Source: Spirochaetota bacterium
GTDB taxonomy: Bacteria; Spirochaetota; UBA4802; UBA5550
Reading direction: 5' to 3'
Assembly (NCBI GenBank): GCA_963663865.1
Contig: OY760686.1
Span: 2,176,001-2,240,000 of the forward strand
DNA: 64,000 bases
Shown: piece after piece, positions 40,320 to 50,068 of the stretch
Layout: every line of letters begins with the position of its first letter
Numbering within the stretch: position 1 is the first letter of the stretch
Position numbers and translations under genes: made by a program
Notes under the pieces: model-generated
Databases searched by the model: none
What the model was told of the DNA's origin: nothing
The model's input: only the letters and a program-made list of their open reading frames with translations

Positions 40320-40925
40320 TCATTTGTCAAATATTTCTTTTACACTGTCATATGGTCTCCATCTGACAAGAATAATCAGAGCAACAATCAGTAACGCTGT
40401 TGTCAGTGTAAAAAGAAGGATTCTTTCCCTGGAATAGTAGACACCGGTATCGTAGTCCATCATTACCTCAAGAACCCCCGATGGCTTTGAAGGGCTCCCG
40501 CCATGGACGATGCCTCCGGAAGAGCTGACTGGAAGGGCCAGATTGCATACAAATAAACCATCCCTGACCCCGCAAACCGCTCCATCCCCCGGATTCAGAA
40601 TAGCCTTGAGAGCCTCTGTGCTCACGCTTCGCTGTTCGGCATCTCTCACTCTCAAAGAGGCTCCTGACGCACTGTACAGACGAGTCCTGATGCCGTATCT
40701 TTTTTCGATATCATCAATATATACATCAGCAAAGTCCGGATCTACCCCCCTGAGGAAGGTGTACGACTCGGCAATAATCCGGGCCTTTTCCTCAAGCTCG
40801 CTGAAATATCCCGAACGGTAAATCGGATATACATCCTCAGCATGAGGATAGATATTAAACACCTGAGACAAAGAAACTGCCACCAGGATGATCAGGAATA
40901 ATGCAGAAATCAATTTATAATTCAA
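40320..40925 (-). CDS. Membrane protein with two TM helices flanking an extracytoplasmic domain
   Basis: Hydrophobic helices at both ends; fills the gap between dprA and topA. Confidence 0.7.
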   Translation of the reverse strand: MNYKLISALFLIILVAVSLSQVFNIYPHAEDVYPIYRSGYFSELEEKARIIAESYTFLRGVDPDFADVYIDDIEKRYGIRTRLYSASGASLRVRDAEQRSVSTEALKAILNPGDGAVCGVRDGLFVCNLALPVSSSGGIVHGGSPSKPSGVLEVMMDYDTGVYYSRERILLFTLTTALLIVALIILVRWRPYDSVKEIFDK

Positions 40926-40930
40926 TATCT

Positions 40931-42082
40931 TTAACCTCCAATGCCTCTTGCTGGTATGATGACATTCCCGTTTCTCAGAACGGCCCCGGAAAGCTCCAGC
41001 TCAATCAGAGCCTCTGCAACCTCTTCGGGGCTGAGCCTCGTAGCGCGGACAATGCTGTCAGGTTCAGAGGCGCCGCCGCGTATCACGGAAAGCACCCTCA
41101 TGTTCACTCCGTTCATATCCGCTTCGATGATGGAGGCTTCATGATTAGCCGCTCGACTCTGAGGCCCGCCCTTTATAGCCCCTGAAGAAGCTGTAAAGTG
41201 CCGTTTCGGGACAAACGGCATTGACGAGAGCTCACGCAGCAGATCTTCAGTACAGCTTATCAGACCAGCCCCGTCCCTTATGAGAGAATGACATCCTTCG
41301 AACCTCATGTCAAATGAATTACCGGAACAGGCAAATACTTCCCGGTTCTGCTCCATAGCGTATCCTGCGGTCATCAGGGCACCGCTGTTTCGCCCAGCCT
41401 GAACTACCACGGTTGCGTTCGACAATCCGCTGATAATTCTGTTTCTGCGGACAAATGTCCACTTTCCTGCTATTGACCCCGGCGGATACTCGGAAATCAG
41501 GGCGGAACTGCCTGATTCAAGAATCATCCTGCGGAGATCGCTGTTGGCATAGGGATACAATCTGTCTATACCGTTAGCAAGCACCCCTATTGTAGTCCCT
41601 CCTGAATTTAGCGCCCCGAGATGAGCCTCACGGTCAATTCCCACCGCCATTCCGCTTACAATTACATATCCCGCTTCAGATGTTTCAGCGGCAATCCGTC
41701 TCGCAATCGCCTGGGACTTCGGATCAGGTTTTCTTGTTCCGACAACAGCTACAGCCGGACCCTGCGGAAGCTTACCGAGGACATAGAGCACAACTGGAGG
41801 ATGATTTATCATCTTCAGGCTGTCCGGATACATATCGGACCAGTAGTGTATTATCCGGGCTCCCGCCCCGTGAGCCCTTTCAATAATACTGCCCGCAGCC
41901 ACGTAAGGATCATCCGAATACTCATCCAGGAGATATGACTGCACCTCAAGCTTGAAATGCCTCTCTAACCCGGAATAGACATCTTCCGGACCGGTCAGCT
42001 GAATTTTGTCCCATAGCCCTTTGCTCTGTGGAGCGGCGAGAACTGACAATGCACATGCAAACCGGGTTTCTCTTTCATCCAT
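40931..42082 (-). CDS. dprA: DNA-processing protein DprA
   Basis: AVVGTR, SGMAVGIDREAH, FVRRNRIISGLS and SGAL motifs, plus a C-terminal winged helix. Confidence 0.96.
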   Translation of the reverse strand: MDERETRFACALSVLAAPQSKGLWDKIQLTGPEDVYSGLERHFKLEVQSYLLDEYSDDPYVAAGSIIERAHGAGARIIHYWSDMYPDSLKMINHPPVVLYVLGKLPQGPAVAVVGTRKPDPKSQAIARRIAAETSEAGYVIVSGMAVGIDREAHLGALNSGGTTIGVLANGIDRLYPYANSDLRRMILESGSSALISEYPPGSIAGKWTFVRRNRIISGLSNATVVVQAGRNSGALMTAGYAMEQNREVFACSGNSFDMRFEGCHSLIRDGAGLISCTEDLLRELSSMPFVPKRHFTASSGAIKGGPQSRAANHEASIIEADMNGVNMRVLSVIRGGASEPDSIVRATRLSPEEVAEALIELELSGAVLRNGNVIIPARGIGG

Positions 42083-42322
42083 ATTACACTCCTTATGCCT
42101 ACATTAAAACGCCCGGATATCCACCCGAATAAAAATAATTTGACCAATTAATCTAAAATCACCGATATACGCATGGTATTAACGGCCGAAAGGATTGCCG
42201 CATTATCCATACAAAAACACAGCCGCCCATTGCGGAAAATATGCAGGTTTGCCTGAATTTTTCTTGCTATAACAACCCATCAGATGCCCCCTTGCAGTAG
42301 AGATAATAATACGGCAGGAAAT

Positions 42323-43531
42323 ATGACCATTACAGAAACAATAAGCACAGTGAAGACTGAACTGCATGAGGACAATGTTCACCTCTTGACCTTCGAAGAC
42401 GGAAAGCGGCTGTATCTGATAGGAACCGCTCATGTTTCAGAATCGTCGGTCAAACTGGTTGAAAAGATTATCGTCGAGGTTAAACCTGACACGATATGCG
42501 TCGAGCTCGACGAGGGGCGCCGTAAAAGTCTGCAGAAATCAGACTATTATGATGACGTTGATATCATTAAAATTATAAGAGATAAACAGCTGTTCTTCTT
42601 CATCGGACAGTTTATAATGTCGTCATATCAGAAAAAGATCTCCGATAAAACCGGAAGCCGGCCCGGAATGGAGTTCTTAAAGGCGATGGAGCTCGCGGAG
42701 CAAAGCGGCGCCCGTCTTGTGATGGCAGACAGGAATATCGGCGTAACGCTGAAACGGGCTTACAGATGCACCCCCTTAAGCCACAAGATGAAGCTTCTCG
42801 CCGGCCTTTTCACCTCTGACAACGAAGAAATTGAAAGCCTCGACATCGAAAAAATGAAACAGCACGACGCGATAGACCGTATTGTAAGCGCGTTTGCCGA
42901 TGAGCTGCCGGTCACAAAGAGGGTACTGATCGACGAGAGAGACGAATATCTGAGCACTGAGATACGCGAAAACATGGGAATGACAACCGTCGCGGTCGTA
43001 GGCGCCGGTCATGTGCCCGGTATGCTCAAAATTCTCGGTTCCTCTGAAACCGCTGACAACCGGGATGAGCTGATGAGGATACCCGGGAAATCCCTTTTCT
43101 CAAAGGTAATTCCCTGGCTGATTCCGGCACTCATTGCCGGTCTGTTTGCCTGGGGAATAGCCGGCGGAAGCCGCGAAGCCGCGCTTGACGGACTCTACTA
43201 CTGGATCCTCTCAAACGGCCTCATGGCGGCAGCAGGCTGCATTATCGCGCTCGGACATCCGCTCACAATAATTACCGGAATGGTTGCGGCTCCAATCACA
43301 AGCCTGTCGCCGGCTATAGGCGTAGGCTTTTTCACGGCCCTTGTACAGACCCTCATGCGCAAACCGAGGGTAAAAGACTTTGAAGAAATGCGGTCATCCA
43401 CAATGCGCTTCAGGGACTGGTGGAAAAACAGATTGACAAGAGTCTTTCTTGTCTTTATATTTTCATCGATAGGCTCTTCTATTGCCACATTTGTTGCAAT
43501 TCCTGTTCTAAAAAAATTGTTTACAAATTAA
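42323..43531 (+). CDS. TraB/GumN (PrgY-like) family protein with C-terminal TM helices
   Basis: LIGTAHVS, CVELD, PGMEF, LIDERD and VVGAGH motifs. Confidence 0.92.
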   Translation: MTITETISTVKTELHEDNVHLLTFEDGKRLYLIGTAHVSESSVKLVEKIIVEVKPDTICVELDEGRRKSLQKSDYYDDVDIIKIIRDKQLFFFIGQFIMSSYQKKISDKTGSRPGMEFLKAMELAEQSGARLVMADRNIGVTLKRAYRCTPLSHKMKLLAGLFTSDNEEIESLDIEKMKQHDAIDRIVSAFADELPVTKRVLIDERDEYLSTEIRENMGMTTVAVVGAGHVPGMLKILGSSETADNRDELMRIPGKSLFSKVIPWLIPALIAGLFAWGIAGGSREAALDGLYYWILSNGLMAAAGCIIALGHPLTIITGMVAAPITSLSPAIGVGFFTALVQTLMRKPRVKDFEEMRSSTMRFRDWWKNRLTRVFLVFIFSSIGSSIATFVAIPVLKKLFTN

Positions 43532-43594
43532 GGCCTTAATGTCTTTATTAAAATTATGCAATATTTTAATGCACAACATTATAAGGAGAATTAC

Positions 43595-44089
43595 ATGAAA
43601 AAACTAACAGCAGTCTTATTCGCAGCTTCAGTGGCCTTTTTCATGGCCTGTGGTGGCGGACAGCAGGTTCAGACAGCCGCTCCATCTTCAGACATCTGGG
43701 TACAGACAAGCAACGCACAGCTCGCTCAAATCCCTGTTGAAGGATTCGGATACAAGAGCTCAAACGTACCGGCCACTAACTGGGACAAATGGGCCGCTGC
43801 CAGCGCACCTGTCGTACAGAAGGTTATCGACGGACTTCCTGAGGGATACGTTCTTCAGGTAACAGGACATGCTGACGCCCGCGGACCTGAGTATCCAGAA
43901 GGCAACAAGCCTGGAAACATCAAGATCTCAGAAGAAAGAGCCAAAGCAGTTCATTCTGCCCTCAAAAAGAAAGGCATTGATTCTCCAAAATTCACCTACA
44001 AAGGTGCTGGTTCATCAGAGCCTCTTGAAGGAGTTGATCCAAGAGATCCGAAACAGAGAAGAGTAACATTTGTTGTTGTTCCTCAGTAA
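43595..44089 (+). CDS. OmpA-domain lipoprotein, Loa22-like
   Basis: Lipobox FMAC, strong TAAGGAG RBS, TGHADARGP...SEERAKAV...GAGSSEP...RRVTF. Confidence 0.88.
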   Translation: MKKLTAVLFAASVAFFMACGGGQQVQTAAPSSDIWVQTSNAQLAQIPVEGFGYKSSNVPATNWDKWAAASAPVVQKVIDGLPEGYVLQVTGHADARGPEYPEGNKPGNIKISEERAKAVHSALKKKGIDSPKFTYKGAGSSEPLEGVDPRDPKQRRVTFVVVPQ

Positions 44090-44109
44090 TTTTCTTAAAG
44101 ACTATAACA

Positions 44110-44141
44110 GGCCGGTCTCCCGCAGGGTGGCCGGCTTTTTT
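44110..44141 (+). terminator. Rho-independent terminator after the OmpA lipoprotein gene
   Basis: GCCGGTC...GGCCGGC stem followed by TTTTTT. Confidence 0.8.
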
Positions 44142-44167
44142 ATGACCGTTTTACAGGGGATACTGCC

Positions 44168-45217
44168 ATCAGACAAATAAATACACTCCTTATATTTATT
44201 CTGCTTCTGACTTCATGCTCCGGAGTAACAGTGCCAAGAACGCACACCATCCCGCGAAGTGATTACACAATCCTTCTGACGGGCGATATCCTGATGGCTG
44301 AAGGCGTTCTTGAATATATGGACGAACAGGGACGCGGCTACCCTTTTGAGAAGGTCAAAACAGAGCTTGAGCAATACGACTTTGTCTTTTCCAACCTCGA
44401 AACACCCATAACAGACGACGGCAAAATGCTCGCCGAAAAACCCTACATCTTCGCGCTTGATCCTGACTATGCTTCAGTTTTAAACACAGTTAAACTTGAT
44501 GCTGTTTCAATAGCCAACAATCACATAATGGACTACGGCCGGACCGGACTTGAAAACACATTGCAATGGCTGGATAAATACGGCATAGCCCGCGCCGGGG
44601 CGGGAAGAAACCTTGAGGAAGCGAGAAAACCCGCCATATTCAGGGCAGGAACCACAGACATCATTATACTGGCCTACAATGAAAGGCCGCCGGCAGAGTT
44701 CGACGCCGGAGCCAGGACGCCAGGGGCCGCCCCGCTCGACATGCATGTGTTGAAAGAAGATATCCGGAGGCACAGAACATCGACAAACCTCGTGCTGGTA
44801 TCGCTGCACTGGGGCATCGAACAGACGCTCTACCCCAGGTCGTATCAGGTCAGGCTTGCCAGGGCAATCATAGATGCAGGAGCCGACGCCATTATCGGCC
44901 ATCATCCTCACTGGCCGCAGGGAATTGAGATATATAGAAGTAAGCCGATATTTTACTCGCTGGGTAACTTTATCAACGGATTCTACAATCTCGTGGAAAA
45001 GAACAACTTTTTCGCTGTATTGCACTGCAAAGGAAACAATATTCACAGACTTGAGATTATCCCCATTGCCGGAAAAAACACCGCCATAGACTTTCAACCA
45101 TATATATTGACCGGAAAAGAAGCAACCGCCCAGCTGAGGTTGATAAGGTATATTTCAAGCCATTTCAAGACGGAAATGACCATCAAAAAAGACAGGGGTT
45201 ATATTCGCATTGATTAA
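44168..45217 (+). CDS. CapA (PGA_cap) family metallophosphatase, probable lipoprotein
   Basis: TGDIL, NLETP, ANNHIMDYG, HWG, GHHPH and YSLGNF motifs. First canonical start is GTG 44231, but the frame extends up to an ATC with an RBS and a signal peptide. Confidence 0.88.
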   Translation: MRQINTLLIFILLLTSCSGVTVPRTHTIPRSDYTILLTGDILMAEGVLEYMDEQGRGYPFEKVKTELEQYDFVFSNLETPITDDGKMLAEKPYIFALDPDYASVLNTVKLDAVSIANNHIMDYGRTGLENTLQWLDKYGIARAGAGRNLEEARKPAIFRAGTTDIIILAYNERPPAEFDAGARTPGAAPLDMHVLKEDIRRHRTSTNLVLVSLHWGIEQTLYPRSYQVRLARAIIDAGADAIIGHHPHWPQGIEIYRSKPIFYSLGNFINGFYNLVEKNNFFAVLHCKGNNIHRLEIIPIAGKNTAIDFQPYILTGKEATAQLRLIRYISSHFKTEMTIKKDRGYIRID

Positions 45218-45226
45218 ACCCGCCTC

Positions 45227-45255
45227 TTGACACTCGACTCTTCACGGTATATATT
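45227..45255 (+). promoter_or_regulatory. Sigma70-type promoter
   Basis: TTGACA-17 nt-TATATT upstream of a GGGAGG RBS. Confidence 0.7.
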
Positions 45256-45275
45256 GAAGTAAACGGGAGGCTTAT

Positions 45276-45431
45276 ATGGAAATCCAGAATATTACCGGAA
45301 CAGGCGTCATGCCTACAGCCCTCAATGAGAATTCAAGACCTGAACCGCCCGCGGAAAACACTGAACAGAACAGGCCCGCTCCAGAGGCGAGGGATGAATC
45401 GCGGGGCAATAGCATCGACACAAGGGCTTAA
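45276..45431 (+). CDS. Small protein (51 aa) with YjfB-like C-terminal GxxIDxxA motif
   Basis: Below the ORF-track cutoff: MEIQNITGTG...RDESRGNSIDTRA, with its own promoter and RBS. Confidence 0.72.
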   Translation: MEIQNITGTGVMPTALNENSRPEPPAENTEQNRPAPEARDESRGNSIDTRA

Positions 45432-45491
45432 ATCTCAGCATAAAACTTGACATTCGGAAAGCCTCATACATTACCCGAAACAGGTTAATGT

Positions 45492-46652
45492 ATGAGGCTC
45501 TCCGCTATGATAATATTTTTTGCCATCTTCATTTCGCTTTATTTTCTCGCGAACTCCTATATTTTTATCCGGGGATATCAGTCCCTGCCATCCGGATGCC
45601 TGTTGCGTCTGGCCTATACCTCAATCTTTGTTCTGCTTTCAGGATCGTTTATCGCCGGAAGATTTATCGAACGGATTTCTTCAGGCCCGGCGGTAAATGC
45701 CGTAATTTGGATAGGCTCATTCTGGATTGCCATGATGCTTTACCTGATACTGGGAGCGCTGCTTGTCGACCTGCTCAGAGCAATCAATCACTTCAAGCCG
45801 TTTTTCCCGGCTTTAATCGCCATAAATCCTCAGAACTCGGCCTTTTACGCCGCAATCGCTGTTTTACTGATGGCGCTTGTGACATCAGGAGCGGGTTTTA
45901 TTAACGCGGCAAATCCCGTTCTCAGAAAGGTTTCATTCTCAATTCCGGGAAAGTCTGCAAATATTGATTCGCTGAGAGCAGTTTTTATCAGCGACATTCA
46001 CCTGGGCAACATCATACGCAATTCAAAGCTCGAGCGTATTGTCCGGCTCTCCAACAGCGCTGATCCGGACATAGTTCTGCTCGGAGGCGATATCGTTGAT
46101 GAGGACATTGAACCGGTAATAAGATTCGATCCAGGCAAGGTTCTTTCCTCCTTCAAAACAAAATACGGTGTCTACGGAGTAACAGGGAACCATGAGTACA
46201 TTGGGGGGGCTGAACCCGCGGTAGAGTACCTTGAAACGGTTGGCATCAAGATGCTCAGGGACAGCTTCGTAACAATTGATGACTCATTCGTAATTGCAGG
46301 ACGGGAAGATGCGAGCTCAAAGCGCTTCAGCGGGCGTGAGCGTAAAAGCCTCAGGGATGTACTGGCTGGTGCTCCGAAAGACCTTCCTGTAATCCTCATG
46401 GATCACCAGCCCGGAGCCCTTGATGAGTCCGCTGAAAACGGCATTGACCTGCACCTCTCCGGCCACACACACTACGGCCAGCTCTGGCCGATGAACTACG
46501 TTCTCGACGCGATATGGCGTGTAAGCTACGGGAAGGCCCGGATTGCCGACACACATATATACGTCTCGTGCGGTGCCGGCACATGGGGCCCGCCGGTAAG
46601 GACGAGCAGCCGCCCCGAGGTCATACTTCTCGACATTGTGTTCACAAAATAA
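45492..46652 (+). CDS. Membrane-bound calcineurin-like metallophosphoesterase (YkuE-like)
   Basis: N-terminal TM helices, then SDIH, GDIVD, GNHE, DHQP and SGHTHYGQ motifs. Confidence 0.93.
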   Translation: MRLSAMIIFFAIFISLYFLANSYIFIRGYQSLPSGCLLRLAYTSIFVLLSGSFIAGRFIERISSGPAVNAVIWIGSFWIAMMLYLILGALLVDLLRAINHFKPFFPALIAINPQNSAFYAAIAVLLMALVTSGAGFINAANPVLRKVSFSIPGKSANIDSLRAVFISDIHLGNIIRNSKLERIVRLSNSADPDIVLLGGDIVDEDIEPVIRFDPGKVLSSFKTKYGVYGVTGNHEYIGGAEPAVEYLETVGIKMLRDSFVTIDDSFVIAGREDASSKRFSGRERKSLRDVLAGAPKDLPVILMDHQPGALDESAENGIDLHLSGHTHYGQLWPMNYVLDAIWRVSYGKARIADTHIYVSCGAGTWGPPVRTSSRPEVILLDIVFTK

Positions 46653-46778
46653 CATTCAGGGTGTCCGTCTGTAACAAACATGTAAACTTTTATCTGCCAG
46701 GCCATTATCCGGCATATAATAAATGACTTATTCCATTACGGTGTTCTTATGTACTTAAACATCGTAATGGAGGCCACC

Positions 46779-47459
46779 ATGCGCTACCACTGTCTAAAAC
46801 ATGTCCCCTTTGAGGGCCCGGGGGCAATAAGGCAATACGCCCTCGCACACGGAATTGTAATGAGCGGAACTGACGTTTTCAATGAAGAGCCTTTTCCCTC
46901 ACCCGATGATTTCGATGCCCTTTTTGTGATGGGCGGCCCCATGAGTGCCAACGATGAAAACATCCACAGCTGGCTCAAACCGGAAAAACGCTTCATTGAA
47001 GATTGCATAAAATCAGGTAAAAAAGTCGCAGGCATATGCCTTGGAGCTCAACTCATTGCCGATATTCTCGGAGCCCGTATCAAAAAAAACAAACACAGGG
47101 AAATCGGCTGGTTTGATGTAAAGAACCTCGGAGAGCCGTGCGCCTTCCCGGCTGGTATACCAGGCGTGTTCAGCGCGTTTCACTGGCACGGCGAAACCTT
47201 TGACATCCCGGCCGGGGCCGTCAGAGCGGCGCAAAGCGAAGCATGTACCAACCAGGCCTTCTTCTACGGGGAGAATGTGCTCGCGCTGCAGTTTCACCTT
47301 GAATGTACTGAAGAGAGCATTTCCGGACTCATCAGCAACTGCGGAAAAGAGCTCGAAGAAGTCGGACCCTATGTACAGCCGGCTGAAGCTCTCATCAAAG
47401 AGGAGATGATTGATTCCTCAAACCGCCTGATGGAACTCATTCTAAAAGATTTCGCATAA
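46779..47459 (+). CDS. Type 1 glutamine amidotransferase
   Basis: HVPFEGPG, GGPMS, GICLGAQ, WHGE and QFHLE motifs. Confidence 0.93.
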   Translation: MRYHCLKHVPFEGPGAIRQYALAHGIVMSGTDVFNEEPFPSPDDFDALFVMGGPMSANDENIHSWLKPEKRFIEDCIKSGKKVAGICLGAQLIADILGARIKKNKHREIGWFDVKNLGEPCAFPAGIPGVFSAFHWHGETFDIPAGAVRAAQSEACTNQAFFYGENVLALQFHLECTEESISGLISNCGKELEEVGPYVQPAEALIKEEMIDSSNRLMELILKDFA

Positions 47460-47475
47460 TCATCTCAGGACGGCA

Positions 47476-49659
47476 TCAGACGTCTCTGAGGGATTTACGA
47501 AGCGTAAGCGAATTCAGCACCACCGAAACTGAACTGAAGGCCATGGCTGCCCCCGCTATGTAGGGATTTAAAAATCCAAGGGCGGCGAAAGGTATTGCAG
47601 CTGCGTTATAGAAGAAAGCCCAGAACAGGTTCTGTCTGATTTTATTCATTATTTTACGCGACACTATGAGCGAAGAGTAGACTCCTTTCAAGCCGCCATG
47701 CACGAGCGCTATGTCGCCTGAATCTACAGCTATATCTGAACCGCCAGCCATCGAAATCCCCGTATCAGCAGCCGCCAGAGCAGGAGCATCGTTTATTCCG
47801 TCTCCCGCCATTATCACCCTCAGTCCCCGTTGCCTCAGCTCCGATATCTTTGCTGCTTTTTGCCCGGGAAGCAGGCCGGCAAAGACATTGATGCTTTTTA
47901 TTCCAGCTTCGGAAGCGGTCTTCAGAGCAGACGCATGGTTGTCGCCGGTTAGCATGAATACCTCAAGCCCCAGGCCTTGAAGCTTATTAATTGCTTCAGC
48001 CGAGTCACTCCTAAGAGTATCACCCGCCGTAATAATTCCAGCTGCGTTTCCATCTATTGCTACGTACACAGCTGTTAGACCTGATCTGTGAACTCTATCT
48101 TCTACAGGTGAAAAAGCTTCTGTGTAAACGCCGGCCCCGTCCAGAAAGACCGGTGTCCCTGCAATAACCTGTTTGCCGTTGACCATAGCTGAAACTCCCT
48201 GCCCCGGAAAGACCCTGAAGCTTCCGGCATCTGAAATTGCTGCACCTGATTGAGCAGCATAGCCGACTATCGTCTTTGCCAGCGGATGCTCCGACATTCG
48301 CTCTACCGATGCCGCGGCTGACAGAATTTCTTCAGCGGTGTAGCCATCCAGAGGAATAACATCTTCCACCTCCGGAACACCCCCTGTTATTGTGCCGGTC
48401 TTGTCGAGCACGACGGCATTAATACGCCTTGAATTCTCAATGGGAACGCTGTTCTTGATGATGATTCCCCTGAGCGCCGCGGCCCCCGCACCTGAGACAA
48501 TGGCCGCGGGAGTCGCCAGCCCGAGCGCGCATGGACATGCTATTACCAGCACCGAAACGGCATTTAGAAGGGCGGCTTCAAGACCTATCCCGTAAGCCAT
48601 CCATCCCGCGAATACAGCCGCAGCTATCAGTATTACCGTTGGCGCGAAAACAGCTGACACCCTGTCAACCGTCTTCTGAATCCCGGTCCGTGAAGCCCCG
48701 GCGTCTCGCACTGCCCTTATTATTCCTGAGAGTACAGTAGATTCGCCGGCATTTTTAACGCGGCATACAAGATATCCTGCCGAGCATACCGTTCCCGCGC
48801 TAACTGCTTTACCGGGACCCTTTGCCTGTGGAAAAGGCTCTCCGGTCATCATACTTTCGCTTACATCGGCGTTCCCTTCAATCACAACAGCATCGGCTGG
48901 AATAGTCTCTCCGGATTTTACGGCTATAACTTGTCCCTCTTTAAGTTCCTCCGCTCTGACCTTACGTTCAGCACCGTTTTCAAGGAGTGTTGCCCAGGCC
49001 GGCCTCAGCTTTATCAGCTTCTTCAGGGCTGCAGTGGTCTTCTCTTTTGCGCGGCCCTCAAGATGCTTGCCCAGCAGGACAAGCGTTATCACCATGGCTG
49101 AAGCCTCATAGTAAAGATGGCCTTCCGCGCCTGTAAATCCGGTGTACAGGCTGTAAAAAAAAGCCGCCCCGGTTCCAAGAACTACAAGAATGTCCATGCC
49201 AGGACTTCTGTTAATCAGACTCGACAAAGCCCTTCTGTAAAAGCCCGCGCCTGCCACAAACTGAACCGGGGCGGCAAGAACAAGCTGGAATATATGGCTG
49301 TTAAAAAGATGTGAATGTACACCCGCGAACATAAGAAGCATGTTAATTACCAGCGGAAGGGTCAGAAACGCGGCTAAAATAAGCGGAAGAGACCTTTTTA
49401 ATCCGGACCGCTTATCCTCGTCATCCTCTGAGCCATCGTCCTCCGAGGGAGTAAACCCGCTGCGCTCTATTGCTTCGTTTATTGAATCAGTGCTGGCCAA
49501 CTGATCGTTAAATATAACCTTCGCTGTTCCTGCAGCGAGGTTGACAGAAGCGGAGACAACCCCCTTGCTGCCCGTCAGCACCTTTTGAAGCCTGGCTGAA
49601 CACGCAGCACAGCTCATGCCGTCGACTTTTACATTGTATTCTCTAATATTCATAAGCAT
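47476..49659 (-). CDS. copA: Copper-translocating P1B-type ATPase
   Basis: GMSCAAC HMA domain, TGE, CPC, DKTGT, SEHP, GDGIND, YN and MAFSS motifs. Confidence 0.95.
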   Translation of the reverse strand: MLMNIREYNVKVDGMSCAACSARLQKVLTGSKGVVSASVNLAAGTAKVIFNDQLASTDSINEAIERSGFTPSEDDGSEDDEDKRSGLKRSLPLILAAFLTLPLVINMLLMFAGVHSHLFNSHIFQLVLAAPVQFVAGAGFYRRALSSLINRSPGMDILVVLGTGAAFFYSLYTGFTGAEGHLYYEASAMVITLVLLGKHLEGRAKEKTTAALKKLIKLRPAWATLLENGAERKVRAEELKEGQVIAVKSGETIPADAVVIEGNADVSESMMTGEPFPQAKGPGKAVSAGTVCSAGYLVCRVKNAGESTVLSGIIRAVRDAGASRTGIQKTVDRVSAVFAPTVILIAAAVFAGWMAYGIGLEAALLNAVSVLVIACPCALGLATPAAIVSGAGAAALRGIIIKNSVPIENSRRINAVVLDKTGTITGGVPEVEDVIPLDGYTAEEILSAAASVERMSEHPLAKTIVGYAAQSGAAISDAGSFRVFPGQGVSAMVNGKQVIAGTPVFLDGAGVYTEAFSPVEDRVHRSGLTAVYVAIDGNAAGIITAGDTLRSDSAEAINKLQGLGLEVFMLTGDNHASALKTASEAGIKSINVFAGLLPGQKAAKISELRQRGLRVIMAGDGINDAPALAAADTGISMAGGSDIAVDSGDIALVHGGLKGVYSSLIVSRKIMNKIRQNLFWAFFYNAAAIPFAALGFLNPYIAGAAMAFSSVSVVLNSLTLRKSLRDV

Positions 49660-49665
49660 TCTCCT

Positions 49666-49968
49666 CTATCTCATGAGACGTCTTACCGTCTTCATCACTT
49701 CATCCACGACCTCGACCCTTCCCTCAAGAATCTGATCGACTATGCAGCTCTTCATGTGTGCGGTTAAGAGTTCCTGTTTAACTCCCTTAAGCGCCGATTC
49801 AACAGCCGCGATCTGGTTAAGCACTCCATCACAGTAAACCTCGGATTCTATCATTCTCGTTATGCCCCTGATCTGCCCTTCAACGCGCCTGAGTCTTCCC
49901 GATAGCCTTTTTTTTACATCGTCAGAATGAGCCGCTTTCCTGCCGCAGCCGCTTTCATCGCATTTCAT
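49666..49968 (-). CDS. csoR: CsoR-family copper-sensing repressor
   Basis: RLRRVEGQIRGI, YC...Q and HMKSC (C-H-C ligands); start MKCDE behind GGAGG. Confidence 0.92.
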   Translation of the reverse strand: MKCDESGCGRKAAHSDDVKKRLSGRLRRVEGQIRGITRMIESEVYCDGVLNQIAAVESALKGVKQELLTAHMKSCIVDQILEGRVEVVDEVMKTVRRLMR

Positions 49969-49979
49969 ACATCCTCCAC

Positions 49980-49996
49980 ATACCCCATGGGGGTAT
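49980..49996. promoter_or_regulatory. CsoR operator
   Basis: ATACCCCATGGGGGTAT pseudo-palindrome with C/G tracts directly upstream of csoR-copA, as in known CsoR boxes. Confidence 0.85.
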
Positions 49997-50008
49997 ATTA
50001 AAAATACT

Positions 50009-50039
50009 AAAAAAAAGCGTGCAGGCAAGCACGCTTTTT
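50009..50039 (-). terminator. Terminator after pepN
   Basis: AAAAAGCGTGC-loop-GCACGCTTTTT hairpin with a T8 tract on the minus strand. Confidence 0.7.
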
Positions 50040-50068
50040 AGAATATTCTAAATATTTGAAATATTTTC

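Noticed and set aside
42323-43531. TraB as a sign of a conjugative element
   Set aside because: It belongs to the TraB/GumN/PrgY metalloprotein family; no relaxase or T4SS genes are nearby.
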